Source: an uncultured Lachnospiraceae bacterium (lineage in GTDB: Bacteria > Bacillota > Clostridia > Lachnospirales > Lachnospiraceae). Taken from it: a stretch of 64,000 nucleotides of DNA. The stretch spans positions 8,056 to 72,055 of the forward strand of contig CAMOGQ010000003.1 in the NCBI GenBank assembly GCA_946614165.1, written 5' to 3'. Both the position numbers and the translations under genes were made by a program. Shown in pieces: positions 37,948 through 47,105 of the stretch (position 1 is its first letter; every line of letters starts with the position of its first letter). Under the pieces are notes generated by a model, which saw only the letters and a program-made list of their open reading frames with translations, ran no database searches and had not been told where the DNA came from.

Positions 37948-38882
37948 CAAACGTAAAGAAAGTTGCTACAAGAGAAAGCTACGGCAAGGCTCTGGCCGAA
38001 CTGGGCAGTGAAATTGAAAACCTGGTAGTTCTGGATGCCGACCTGGCCGGCGCAACAAAGACCGGCATTTTCAAGAAGGCATTCCCTGACAGATTCATCG
38101 ACTGCGGTATCGCAGAGTGCGATATGATGGGCATTGCAGCAGGTATGGCCACCTGCGGCGCCATCCCCTTCGCTTCCACCTTTGCCATGTTCGCATCCGG
38201 CAGGGCATTTGAGATCGTCCGCAACTCCATCGGCTATCCCCACCTCAACGTCAAGATCGGTGCCACTCATGCAGGCATCTCCGTCGGTGAAGACGGCGCG
38301 TCCCACCAGTGCAACGAAGACCTGGCCCTGATGCGGACCATCCCCGGCATGACCATCATCAATCCTTCCGACGACGTGGAAGCCAGGGCAGCCGTAAGGG
38401 CAGCCGCCACCACAGACGGCCCCTTCTATCTGCGCTTCGGCCGTTTCGCGGTGCCGGTCATCAATGACAGACCTGACTACAAGTTCGAGATCGGCAAGGG
38501 CGTCCTTCTTCGTGAAGGCACTGACGTGACCATCGTAGCCACAGGACTGTGCGTCGCGGCAGCTCTGGACGCAGCCGAAATGCTGGCAGCAGACGGCATC
38601 TCCGCGGAAGTCATCAACATCCACACCATCAAGCCTCTGGACAGGGATCTGATCGCCGCTTCCGCAAAGAAGACCGGAAAAGTGGTCACAGCGGAAGAGC
38701 ACTCCATCATCGGCGGCCTTGGCGGCGCAGTCTGCGAAGCCCTCGCCGAGACAGTTCCCACACCCGTTCTGAGGATCGGCGTTAAGGACGTATTCGGCGA
38801 GTCCGGCCCTGCGGGCGAACTCCTGCACAAGTATCAGCTGGACGGCGAAGGCATTTATAATCAGGTCAAGGCCTGGATGTAA
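37944..38882 (+). CDS. Transketolase, C-terminal subunit
   Basis: ATRESYG, GIAE, GEDGASHQ, IKPLD and EEHSIIGGLG. ATGA overlap with the upstream subunit. Confidence 0.93.
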   Translation: MTNVKKVATRESYGKALAELGSEIENLVVLDADLAGATKTGIFKKAFPDRFIDCGIAECDMMGIAAGMATCGAIPFASTFAMFASGRAFEIVRNSIGYPHLNVKIGATHAGISVGEDGASHQCNEDLALMRTIPGMTIINPSDDVEARAAVRAAATTDGPFYLRFGRFAVPVINDRPDYKFEIGKGVLLREGTDVTIVATGLCVAAALDAAEMLAADGISAEVINIHTIKPLDRDLIAASAKKTGKVVTAEEHSIIGGLGGAVCEALAETVPTPVLRIGVKDVFGESGPAGELLHKYQLDGEGIYNQVKAWM

Positions 38883-38899
38883 GTCGGGAGAATAAAACC

Positions 38900-39370
38900 A
38901 TGATGAAGAAACTGGCCATCGGCAACGACCACGTTGCCATTGACATGAAGAACGAGCTCAAAGCCTATCTGGAAGGAAAGGGATACGAGATCGTAAATGT
39001 GGGCACGGACGTGGCTTCGAAGAGCTTTGACTATGCCATCAGCGGCTACAGGGTAGCCAGGCTGGTAGCGGACGGCGAAGTGGACGGAGGCATCCTGATC
39101 TGCGGCACCGGCGTGGGCATTTCCCTTTCCGCCAACAAGGTGAACGGGATCCGCTGCTGTGTCTGTTCCGAACCCTATTCCGCAAAGCTTTCAAAGATGC
39201 ACAATAACTCCAACATCATCGCTTTCGGCGCCCGCGTCATCGGCGTGGAAATGGCCAAGATGATCTGCGACGAGTGGCTGAATGCGGAATTCGAAGGCGG
39301 CCGGCATCAGAGAAGGGTGAACCAGATCATGGAGATCCAGGATACCCAGAACCTGGTCATTCCGGAATAA
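38900..39370 (+). CDS. rpiB: Ribose-5-phosphate isomerase B
   Basis: GNDH, CGTGVG, ANK, HNNSN, GAR and FEGGRHQRR. Confidence 0.92.
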   Translation: MMKKLAIGNDHVAIDMKNELKAYLEGKGYEIVNVGTDVASKSFDYAISGYRVARLVADGEVDGGILICGTGVGISLSANKVNGIRCCVCSEPYSAKLSKMHNNSNIIAFGARVIGVEMAKMICDEWLNAEFEGGRHQRRVNQIMEIQDTQNLVIPE

Positions 39371-39390
39371 ATAAACTCTTAGTTCAGGCG

Positions 39391-39426
39391 GTGCCGGGGG
39401 TCCTTTCCCCCGGCACTTTCTTTTTT
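39391..39426 (+). terminator. Intrinsic terminator after rpiB
   Basis: GTGCCGGGGG-TCCTTT-CCCCCGGCAC followed by a T-rich tail. Confidence 0.85.
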
Positions 39427-39544
39427 GCAAAGTGCACAGACAGGCTGTACGTTTTGTACAATACTGACAAATTTCATCAAGCGATTTGATTAAATTTAAT
39501 CATATGAAAAAGCCGCCATTCGTGTTACTATACTCCTCGGACAA

Positions 39545-39822
39545 ATGCTTTGAAGAGGAATAGTAGGATCCGATAAAGATTTCAGAGACCTGCCGGGGGG
39601 TGCGAGGCAGGATCCAGGCGAATCTGAACTGGCCTCTGAGCAGACCGCCCCAAGGGCAGCTGCGCAGGCAGCTTTCTGCGTAAGGCGGTACGGAGATCCA
39701 CCGTTACAGGGATGCAGCATGATAGTGCTTAAGAGTGCGCGCCAAAGGCGCGAAGTAGAGTGGTACCGCGAAAGAAAATTCTTCCGTCTCTATGCCCGTT
39801 TATCGGGATAGGGGCATTTTTT
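39545..39822 (+). promoter_or_regulatory. T-box riboswitch, leucine specifier (CUG)
   Basis: Stem I with AGTA, AGAGA and GGTGCGA motifs; specifier GAA-CTG at 39629-39631; T-box AGAGTGGTACCGCG at 39757-39770; terminator at ~39791-39822. Confidence 0.9.
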
Positions 39823-39864
39823 ATGCCCTTGTCCATTCCAATATTACATAAGTGGAGGAGAACT

Positions 39865-41856
39865 ATGAACCCGAAGAAGTACAAGAAACTGTATTACATG
39901 CCCCCGGTATGCACCTATGACTGGGTCACAAAAGACGATGTGGATCACGCGCCTGTATGGTGCTCCGTGGATCTGCGCGACGGCAACCAGGCCCTGATCG
40001 AGCCCATGAGCCTGGAAGAAAAGCTGGAGTTCTTTGAGATGCTGGTCAGGGTCGGTTTCAAGGAAATCGAAGTCGGATTCCCCGCAGCCTCCGAAACAGA
40101 GTTCAATTTCATGCGTGCCCTGATCGAGCGGAACATGATCCCCGAGGACGTAACGGTCCAGGTGCTGACCCAGGCCCGTCCCCACATCATCCGCAAGACC
40201 TTTGAAGCTGTCAAGGGCGCTCCTCATGCCATCGTCCATGTCTACAATTCCACTTCCGTGGCCCAGAGAGAGATGGTCTTCAAGAAGGACAAAGAGGAGA
40301 TCAAGCAGATCGCCGTCGACGGGGCCCAGCTCCTGCAGGATCTGGCCCAGGAGACAGAAGGCGACTTCGCTTTCGAGTACAGCCCCGAGTCCTTCCACGG
40401 CACAGAGCCCGAGTACGCTCTGGAGGTCTGCAACGCTGTCATTGATATCTGGAAGCCCACCGAGACGGGACGCAAGGTCATCATCAACATTCCGGATACC
40501 GTGGAAGCGGCCATGCCCCATGTCTTCGCTACCCAGGTGGAATACATCTCCAAGAACCTTCACGAGAGAGACCACGTGGTCCTTTCCCTCCATCCCCACA
40601 ATGACCGGGGCACCGGCGTAGCCGTGGCAGAACTGGGCATGCTGGCCGGAGCGGACCGTATCGAGGGAACTCTTTTCGGCAACGGCGAGCGCACCGGCAA
40701 CGTGGATATCGTGACCATCGCCATGAACATGTACTCCCACGGCATCGATCCCCAGCTGGATTTCTCCAACATGCCCGAGATCCGCGAAGTCTATGAGAGA
40801 CTGACCGGCATGAGCGTTCACGCAAGGCAGCCCTATGCGGGCGATCTGGTCTTCACCGCTTTCTCCGGTTCCCACCAGGATGCCATTGCCAAGGGCATGG
40901 CCATCACGGAACAGGATCCCGAGGGCAAGTGGCAGGTCCCTTACCTTCCCATCGATCCCGTGGACGTGGCCAGGACCTACGACTCCGACGTTATCCGCAT
41001 CAACTCCCAGTCCGGCAAGGGCGGCGTCAACTATATCCTGGAGAGGAACTTCGGCATCTCCCTGCCCAAGGCCATGCGGGAAGAGGTGGGCTACCTGGTC
41101 AAGCATGTATCCGACGAGGAGCATAAGGAACTGTCTCCTCAGTGGGTCTATGAGATCTTTGAGTCCAGTTATATCGAGCATACCCCTTACTTCACCATTC
41201 CCGAGGTCCATTTCCGCCAGGTAGACGGCATTATGGCCGAGTCCACCATTCAGATCGGCGACAAGAAGACCATCGTGGATGCGGGCGGCAACGGCCGTCT
41301 GGATGCGGTCTCCAACACCATCAAGCAGTTCTTCGGGGTCAGCTATGAGCTTTCCAGCTATGAAGAGCACGCTCTGACCAAGGGATCCTCTTCCAAGGCC
41401 ATCGCCTTTGTGTGCATTACCTGCCAGGGCGCTACCTACTGGGGCGTCGGCATCGACGAAGATATCATCAAGGCATCCATCCATGCCCTTGCAGTCTGCG
41501 TCAACAAGCTTCCTCAGGTGGCAGCCGGCAACAGACAGGGAGACGACAGGCTGACAGCCATCCTCAACTACATCCAGGCCAACTACCAGAAGGTGACATT
41601 GGAGGACGTGGCGGAGGAATTCCATCTGTCCGCCCCTTATGTATCCAAATATATCAAGTCCAAGTCCGGAAAGACCTTCGGAGAGCAGGTCACCAACATC
41701 CGCATGAAGAGGGCCAGGACCCTGCTCAGAAACGGCAACATGACCGTTGAGAACATCGCCTACGCCGTAGGCTACCAGAACGTGGAACACTTCACACGGC
41801 AGTTCCGCAAGAAATATGAGATGACACCCATTGAGTACCGCGAGAGCCGCCGCTGA
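39865..41856 (+). CDS. leuA: 2-isopropylmalate synthase fused to a C-terminal AraC-type DNA-binding domain
   Basis: WCSVDLRDGNQAL, IEVGFP, EYSPE, HPHNDRG, GNGERTGN and AFSGSHQDAI, then the LeuA regulatory domain (GNGRLDA, YEEHAL, WGVG), then an in-frame double HTH (TLEDVAEEFHLS...IAYAVGY.....FTRQFRK.Y.MTP.EYR). GGAGG SD before ATG 39865. Confidence 0.93.
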   Translation: MNPKKYKKLYYMPPVCTYDWVTKDDVDHAPVWCSVDLRDGNQALIEPMSLEEKLEFFEMLVRVGFKEIEVGFPAASETEFNFMRALIERNMIPEDVTVQVLTQARPHIIRKTFEAVKGAPHAIVHVYNSTSVAQREMVFKKDKEEIKQIAVDGAQLLQDLAQETEGDFAFEYSPESFHGTEPEYALEVCNAVIDIWKPTETGRKVIINIPDTVEAAMPHVFATQVEYISKNLHERDHVVLSLHPHNDRGTGVAVAELGMLAGADRIEGTLFGNGERTGNVDIVTIAMNMYSHGIDPQLDFSNMPEIREVYERLTGMSVHARQPYAGDLVFTAFSGSHQDAIAKGMAITEQDPEGKWQVPYLPIDPVDVARTYDSDVIRINSQSGKGGVNYILERNFGISLPKAMREEVGYLVKHVSDEEHKELSPQWVYEIFESSYIEHTPYFTIPEVHFRQVDGIMAESTIQIGDKKTIVDAGGNGRLDAVSNTIKQFFGVSYELSSYEEHALTKGSSSKAIAFVCITCQGATYWGVGIDEDIIKASIHALAVCVNKLPQVAAGNRQGDDRLTAILNYIQANYQKVTLEDVAEEFHLSAPYVSKYIKSKSGKTFGEQVTNIRMKRARTLLRNGNMTVENIAYAVGYQNVEHFTRQFRKKYEMTPIEYRESRR

Positions 41857-41867
41857 CAGAGGAATTT

Positions 41868-42647
41868 ATGGTCATAAAACAGGATTTTAACTACAGTCCC
41901 AAGGGAAAGAACCGCACTCTTCATATCTACCTTCCGGATGATTATGAAGAGAGCGGGGCCGCTTACCCGGTAATGTACTTCTTTGACGGACACAATTTAT
42001 TTTTTAACGAGGACGCAACTTACGGAAAATCCTGGGGCCTGAAGGAATTTCTGGACGGCTGGGACAGGAAGCTCATCGTGATCGGCATGGAATGCGGCCA
42101 CGAGGGCGAGGAAAGAATGGCGGAATACATGCCCTACCCCAGCAGCCTGACTTTTTTCAGAGGCCTCGGACCCGTCATGGGCCATGAGACCATGGAATGG
42201 ATCGTGGGTGAAGTAAAACCCTGGGCCGACAGGACCTTCCGCACCCTGCCGGGAAGGGAGACCACAGGGATCGGCGGCTCCAGCATGGGCGGCCTGATGA
42301 GCCTTTATGCCGCTTACCGCTATAACCGGTATTTCTCCAGGGCTGCCTGCGTTTCCAGCTCCATAGGCTTCTGCCAGACAAAGGTCTACAGGGACCTGGA
42401 CCAGAGCTGTGTGGATCCCGCCACCCGGGTATATCTTTCCTGGGGGACCTGTGAAGCCAGAGGCGTAAAAGACATCCACAGCCAGGACCGCTCCAGCGGG
42501 ACCTACCGCAGGAACCGGGCCGTTGCCAACAAGCTGGAAGGCAAAGGCGCAGCCGTTCTGCTCCACTGCCAGGTGGAGGGAAGGCACTGCGAGGCCGACT
42601 GGGAAAAACAGCTTCCCCTTTTCATGAACTGGCTCTGGGAAGAGTAA
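41868..42647 (+). CDS. Alpha/beta-fold esterase
   Basis: IYLPDDY, YPVMYFFDG and the nucleophile elbow GSSMGG; His in GRHCEADW. Confidence 0.85.
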   Translation: MVIKQDFNYSPKGKNRTLHIYLPDDYEESGAAYPVMYFFDGHNLFFNEDATYGKSWGLKEFLDGWDRKLIVIGMECGHEGEERMAEYMPYPSSLTFFRGLGPVMGHETMEWIVGEVKPWADRTFRTLPGRETTGIGGSSMGGLMSLYAAYRYNRYFSRAACVSSSIGFCQTKVYRDLDQSCVDPATRVYLSWGTCEARGVKDIHSQDRSSGTYRRNRAVANKLEGKGAAVLLHCQVEGRHCEADWEKQLPLFMNWLWEE

Positions 42648-42708
42648 AAACGGAGGAAGACAGGAAAGTCCGGGAAAAGTCATATCGAAGAACAGAATAA
42701 GAGAAATG

Positions 42709-42745
42709 AAAAAAGGATCCGGGAGCAAACCCGAATCCTTTTTTT
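42709..42745. terminator. Bidirectional intrinsic terminator
   Basis: AAAAAAGGATCCGGG-AGCAAA-CCCGAATCCTTTTTTT between convergent units. Confidence 0.8.
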
Positions 42746-42757
42746 GAACTTAATGGG

Positions 42758-42844
42758 TCACCGTTCCAGCGGGACCGAAACGGCTGTGATGGCGACGCCT
42801 GCGATGGCACAGATGGCTACGACGGCAATGATCATTTTCTGCAT
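42758..42844 (-). CDS. 28-aa hydrophobic small protein (not in the ORF track)
   Basis: MQKMIIAVVAICAIAGVAITAVSVPLER*. GGAGGA SD 6 nt upstream, extended -10 TGTTATACT (42897-42905), and a terminator directly downstream. Confidence 0.7.
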   Translation of the reverse strand: MQKMIIAVVAICAIAGVAITAVSVPLER

Positions 42845-42962
42845 AAAGATTCCTCCTGCTGACGCTGCACTTGGGACAGTTTTTCTATTCACTGACAGTA
42901 TAACAGATACGGAGCCCCATGAGAAAAGGGATTTCATATTTCGCCTGTCCAGGAAAAGACGC

Positions 42963-43565
42963 TTAATGCAGGAAGAGCTCGCTGCGCAGCATCATGCGGA
43001 GCAGATCGGAAAACCGCTCCTCCATAGCTTCCTCTGTGGGGTTATCTTTCTTGAGTACGTTGAAGAAGCCCAGCATGCCGTGGCACAGAATGGAGGATGT
43101 TTCCTGCAGACTGAAGTAAGGCCGCAGCTGGTCCGAGAACTCTTTCAGGAGAGATTCCGTATAATTCTGAATGTTCTGGTAATAGCGTACATTCAGGTTG
43201 CGGTCAGCCTCTGCGACTGAATGGGCGAACACTTCGAGATTGGAGTAATACTGGTGGATGATGGACATATAGAAGGAAAGGAAAGTGTCCGCCGGATCGG
43301 TGCGGTCCCTTAATCTTTCCTTATAGGAGACCAGTACAGAGGCCCAGAGGTCATCAAAAAAGTCATCCAGGAGCATGTATTTGTCATCATAATAGATATA
43401 GAAGGTGACCCGGCTGATCCCGGCCGCCTGACAGATCTGTGTTACCGTGATCTGCTCGACAGACGTATCGTGCAGCAGCTGAAGCATGACTTTCTTGCAC
43501 TCTTTTCGGATATCCCGTTTGGATGATCTGCTCATTTTTCCCCTCCAGACAATTTCTTCAGTCAT
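42963..43565 (-). CDS. TetR/AcrR-family transcriptional regulator
   Basis: HTH ITVTQICQAAGISRVTFYIYYDDKY. The start may be 43565 or the downstream MSRS. Confidence 0.88.
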   Translation of the reverse strand: MTEEIVWRGKMSRSSKRDIRKECKKVMLQLLHDTSVEQITVTQICQAAGISRVTFYIYYDDKYMLLDDFFDDLWASVLVSYKERLRDRTDPADTFLSFYMSIIHQYYSNLEVFAHSVAEADRNLNVRYYQNIQNYTESLLKEFSDQLRPYFSLQETSSILCHGMLGFFNVLKKDNPTEEAMEERFSDLLRMMLRSELFLH

Positions 43566-43752
43566 TATTGAAAAAGAAAACGCCGGCTAATAATTCAGGC
43601 AAGCAAAACAGAATCGAAAATGTAATTCAAAACTTTAACAGGCGTTAAATTGTTTCTTCTAAACTATAACAGAAAAAAAGGCAGATGAACAGGTTGCATT
43701 TGTAATAAAACGTCAATTTAATGACAGAATTACATTACAATTGTTGCGCAAT

Positions 43753-44568
43753 TCAATATTTCTGCCTCGTTGACAGCAGAATTCTGTCATTGTTGAACTG
43801 CCTGCCGGCTCCGGCGGCGAAATGCTCCAGAAGATCGTTCACCGTCAGGTCTTCCCGTTCACTGCCCGAGACGTCAAAGACGATCCGGCCGTCGCTCATC
43901 ATAATGGTGCGGTTTCCCATCTCCAGGGCCTGGTTCATGTTGTGGGTGACCATGAGGCAGCTGATATGGCGCTCCTTTATGATCTGGTCCGTCAGGGCCA
44001 GCACCTTGGCGGCCGTGCCGGGATCCAGGGCGGCCGTATGCTCGTCCAGCATCAGAAGCTTGGGCGTGACCATGGTGGCCATCAGGAGGGTCAGGGCCTG
44101 TCTCTGGCCGCCGGATAAAAGGCCTACAGGGTTGGACATGCGGTCCTCCAGTCCCATGCCCAGGAGGGCGAGATGGTCGCGGAACATGGCTTTTTCCCGC
44201 CTTGAGATCCGGCTGAAAATGCCCTGGCGGAAGCGGGATGAGCGCAGGTAGGCCACGGCCAGGTTTTCCTCGATGGTCATGCCCGGAGCGGTCCCCATGA
44301 GGGGATCCTGAAAGAGGCGGCCTATATAGCGGGATCTTTTGTGCTCGGGAACATAGGTGATGTCTTCCCCGTCCAGCTCGATATAGCCCTCGTCGCAGTA
44401 GAAGGTGCCGGCGATGGCATTGAACATGGTGGATTTTCCGGCTCCGTTGGAGCCTACGATGGTGCAGAAGTCCCCGTCCATCAGTTCCAGAGTCAGGTGG
44501 TCGAGGGCTTTTTTTTCGTTGACGGTCCCGGGATGAAAGGTCTTGGATATATCTTCAATTTTCAGCAT
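43753..44568 (-). CDS. ABC transporter ATPase (probable tryptophan uptake, TrpXYZ type)
   Basis: GSNGAGKST, FQDP, LSGGQRQ and LDEHTAALDP. Start placed at 44568 after GGAGGTG. Confidence 0.9.
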   Translation of the reverse strand: MLKIEDISKTFHPGTVNEKKALDHLTLELMDGDFCTIVGSNGAGKSTMFNAIAGTFYCDEGYIELDGEDITYVPEHKRSRYIGRLFQDPLMGTAPGMTIEENLAVAYLRSSRFRQGIFSRISRREKAMFRDHLALLGMGLEDRMSNPVGLLSGGQRQALTLLMATMVTPKLLMLDEHTAALDPGTAAKVLALTDQIIKERHISCLMVTHNMNQALEMGNRTIMMSDGRIVFDVSGSEREDLTVNDLLEHFAAGAGRQFNNDRILLSTRQKY

Positions 44569-45514
44569 CTTTCTCACCTCCCCGGACGGCTGTTCTGCGG
44601 GTATAGACCGCAGCGGCCTTTCTGGCGTGGAAGCCCGCCATTCTTCTGGCCTCCGGCGCCGCTATGGCCACGCATACGATGATGGCAGAGACCAGCTTGA
44701 AGGCCTCTGTGGGGACATTGAGACGCAGGGCTATGGAAATGATCATGCGGTAGAGACAGGATCCCAGAACGACGCATAAGATCCGGAGGGTCATTCTGCG
44801 CCTGCCGGAAATGGTCTCCCCTATGACCAGGGAGGCCAGGGCCACCGTGACCATGCCGGTGCCCAGGTTGATGTCGCAGGTCTTGTTGTACTGGCCGATC
44901 AGGCAGCCGGCCAGGCCTGTCAGGGAATTGGACAGGCACAGTCCTGCCGTGATCATGACGGCAGGATTGATGGAGGATGCCCGGACCATGGCCATACTGT
45001 CACCGGTAGCTCGTATGGACAGGCCAAGCCTGGTGCTGAGGAACCACCGGAGGATCAGGCAGATCAGCATAAGGATGACTACAAGCAGGATCAGGCTGCT
45101 CCAGTCATGCCAGAACTCCGAAGAGGAAAGGCTCCCGAACATGGAAAAGATGGTATCTGTCCCGAAGATCGATACGTTGGACGAGAAGCCCATGACCGCC
45201 AGATTGATGGTATAGAGGCCGGTATTGACTATGATGCCGGCCAGGATGCTCTGGACCCCGAACCGGGTCTGCAGAGTGGCCGTTACAAAGCCGGAGCAGA
45301 CCCCTGCGCCCATGGCCAGGGGAATGGCCAGGAGCGGATGGCCCGCAATGGTGACCACCGCTCCTACGGCGCAGCCCAGGGTATAGCATCCGTCGGTGGA
45401 CAGATCGCAGACGTTCAGGATACTGAAGCTCAAAAAAAGTGACAGTGCCACCAGTGAATAGATCAGGCCCACCTCCAGGGCGGTCCTTACGATTCCTGCT
45501 GTGAGAAAACCCAT
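44555..45514 (-). CDS. ABC transporter permease (TrpXYZ type)
   Basis: Polytopic membrane protein with DLSTDG, GLSIRATG and GMVTVALASLVIGE. Confidence 0.9.
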   Translation of the reverse strand: MGFLTAGIVRTALEVGLIYSLVALSLFLSFSILNVCDLSTDGCYTLGCAVGAVVTIAGHPLLAIPLAMGAGVCSGFVTATLQTRFGVQSILAGIIVNTGLYTINLAVMGFSSNVSIFGTDTIFSMFGSLSSSEFWHDWSSLILLVVILMLICLILRWFLSTRLGLSIRATGDSMAMVRASSINPAVMITAGLCLSNSLTGLAGCLIGQYNKTCDINLGTGMVTVALASLVIGETISGRRRMTLRILCVVLGSCLYRMIISIALRLNVPTEAFKLVSAIIVCVAIAAPEARRMAGFHARKAAAVYTRRTAVRGGEKDAEN

Positions 45515-45538
45515 GACATCCTCCAGGCAAATGAATGA

Positions 45539-46648
45539 TTACTGCTCAAAATTCTGCTGTGTGGCAGTTTCGACGATCTGTGTGACATAGGGGGCAAAGG
45601 CTTCTTTGACCGCTTCCATGTCCAGACCCAGAGCGGCACAGGTATCGGTGTTGATGGTGGCGATGCCGTTCTCAAAGGTACGGACGGACAGGGAAGCCGT
45701 GTCGGCTCCGCCCCGCAGGATCTCATCGATCATTTTTGCGGTCTCTCTGCCCAGCTGGGCGTAGTCTACGCCGAAGCCGCAGAAGGCTCCGTTCAGAGCA
45801 AAGGAGTCGGCGCCTGCGTAGTGGGGGATGCCGGCGTCGGAGAGCTTTTCGAAGAAGGCCAGCTCCGCGTTCATGATGGTATTGTCGGTGGGGGTAAAGA
45901 CAGCGTCCACATCCTCCGCGATCAGGGCATCCACGGCCTGGGATACCTCGTCGGTGGTGGTGCCGGTCTTTTCGATATATTTTACGCCCTTTTCGTCCAG
46001 ATAGGCCTTGGCGTCCTGGATGGGGACCCTGGAGGCGTCTTCACTGTTGGAATACAGAAGGCCGACATAATCCGCTTCGGGATCCAGGGAGAAGATCAGG
46101 TCCATGATGGCGTTGGTATTCAGGTAGTCGGAGGTGCCTGTGATATTGGCGCCGGGCGCTTCGACGGAGGCGGCCAGACCGGCACTGACGGGATCGGACA
46201 CGGCGGAGAATACGATGGGCAGATCCTCACCTTCCGTTACGGACTGAGCGATCTGGGCCGCGGGGGTGGCGATGGGGACCAGAAGGTCCACTTCGCTGGC
46301 CATCAGGTCGGCGACGATCTGGTTGATGGTGGTAGGATCGCCCTGGCCGTTCTTGGTATAGGACGCATAGTCATAAGTGACCCCGTCGCCCGACAGGGCG
46401 TCCAGCTCTGACTGGATATTGGACTCGATCTGGTTGAGGGAGGCATGGTCCATGAACTTTACGATGCCTACCTTATATACGGTGCCTTCGCTTTCCCGGA
46501 CCTCCGGTGCCTCTTCTGTCTGGGCCTCTTCCTGGGTTTCGGGAGCTTCCTGGGCCGCTTCCTTCTCCGGGGCGGCGGAGCCTCCGCAGGCGGCCAGGGA
46601 CAGGGCCATAAGACCTGTCATGAATGCTGCGATCATTTTCCTTTTCAT
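45539..46648 (-). CDS. ABC substrate-binding lipoprotein, probable tryptophan (TrpX type)
   Basis: Lipobox LAAC, HASLN, IATPAAQ, NITGTSD and PTDN. Downstream of a Trp T-box; start placed at 46648 after AGGAGG. Confidence 0.88.
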   Translation of the reverse strand: MKRKMIAAFMTGLMALSLAACGGSAAPEKEAAQEAPETQEEAQTEEAPEVRESEGTVYKVGIVKFMDHASLNQIESNIQSELDALSGDGVTYDYASYTKNGQGDPTTINQIVADLMASEVDLLVPIATPAAQIAQSVTEGEDLPIVFSAVSDPVSAGLAASVEAPGANITGTSDYLNTNAIMDLIFSLDPEADYVGLLYSNSEDASRVPIQDAKAYLDEKGVKYIEKTGTTTDEVSQAVDALIAEDVDAVFTPTDNTIMNAELAFFEKLSDAGIPHYAGADSFALNGAFCGFGVDYAQLGRETAKMIDEILRGGADTASLSVRTFENGIATINTDTCAALGLDMEAVKEAFAPYVTQIVETATQQNFEQ

Positions 46649-46703
46649 CTGTTTTCCTCCTTTGTTTTGAAACTCTGTGAGTAAAAGAGGATCCTTACGG
46701 CAT

Positions 46704-46965
46704 AAAAAAACGCCCCATGGCTTCCAAAGCCTATGAGACGAATTACTCCGCGGTACCACTCATATTACCTTCCGGTCACTTTACTCACATACCAGCATAT
46801 GTGCTGCCTGATAACGGTGCAGGACCCGTCATGCCCTACTGCCCTTCAGGGGTTCGGGGATGCCCTCCGGAGACCATTCCTGTATTCCTTCCGTACTGCG
46901 CTCACACCATCGGCAGCTCTCTGAAACTTCGAAAATACAGTACTCTTCTCCGTCAACGGTTTAAT
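46704..46965 (-). promoter_or_regulatory. T-box riboswitch, tryptophan specifier (UGG)
   Basis: On the minus strand: AGTA, AGAGA and GGTGTGA motifs; specifier GAA-TGG (46874-46876); GAGTGGTACCGCG (46749-46761); terminator with T-run. Upstream promoter TTGACA (47001-47006), 18 nt, TATTGT. Confidence 0.9.
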
Positions 46966-47105
46966 GTATTGAATCAACAATAGCACCGGGAGATACCGGC
47001 TGTCAAGATTCTGAAAAAGTCTTTGTGTATTTCTTTTTCACCTCGCATTCCTGATAGAAAGCTTCTCTGCAGTATTGCAGGTTTGTTAATTATATTGCCG
47101 GGGGA

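Noticed and set aside
42744-43220. 158-aa plus-strand ORF
   Set aside because: It starts inside a terminator and overlaps the TetR gene and the SD-supported 28-aa gene on the opposite strand.
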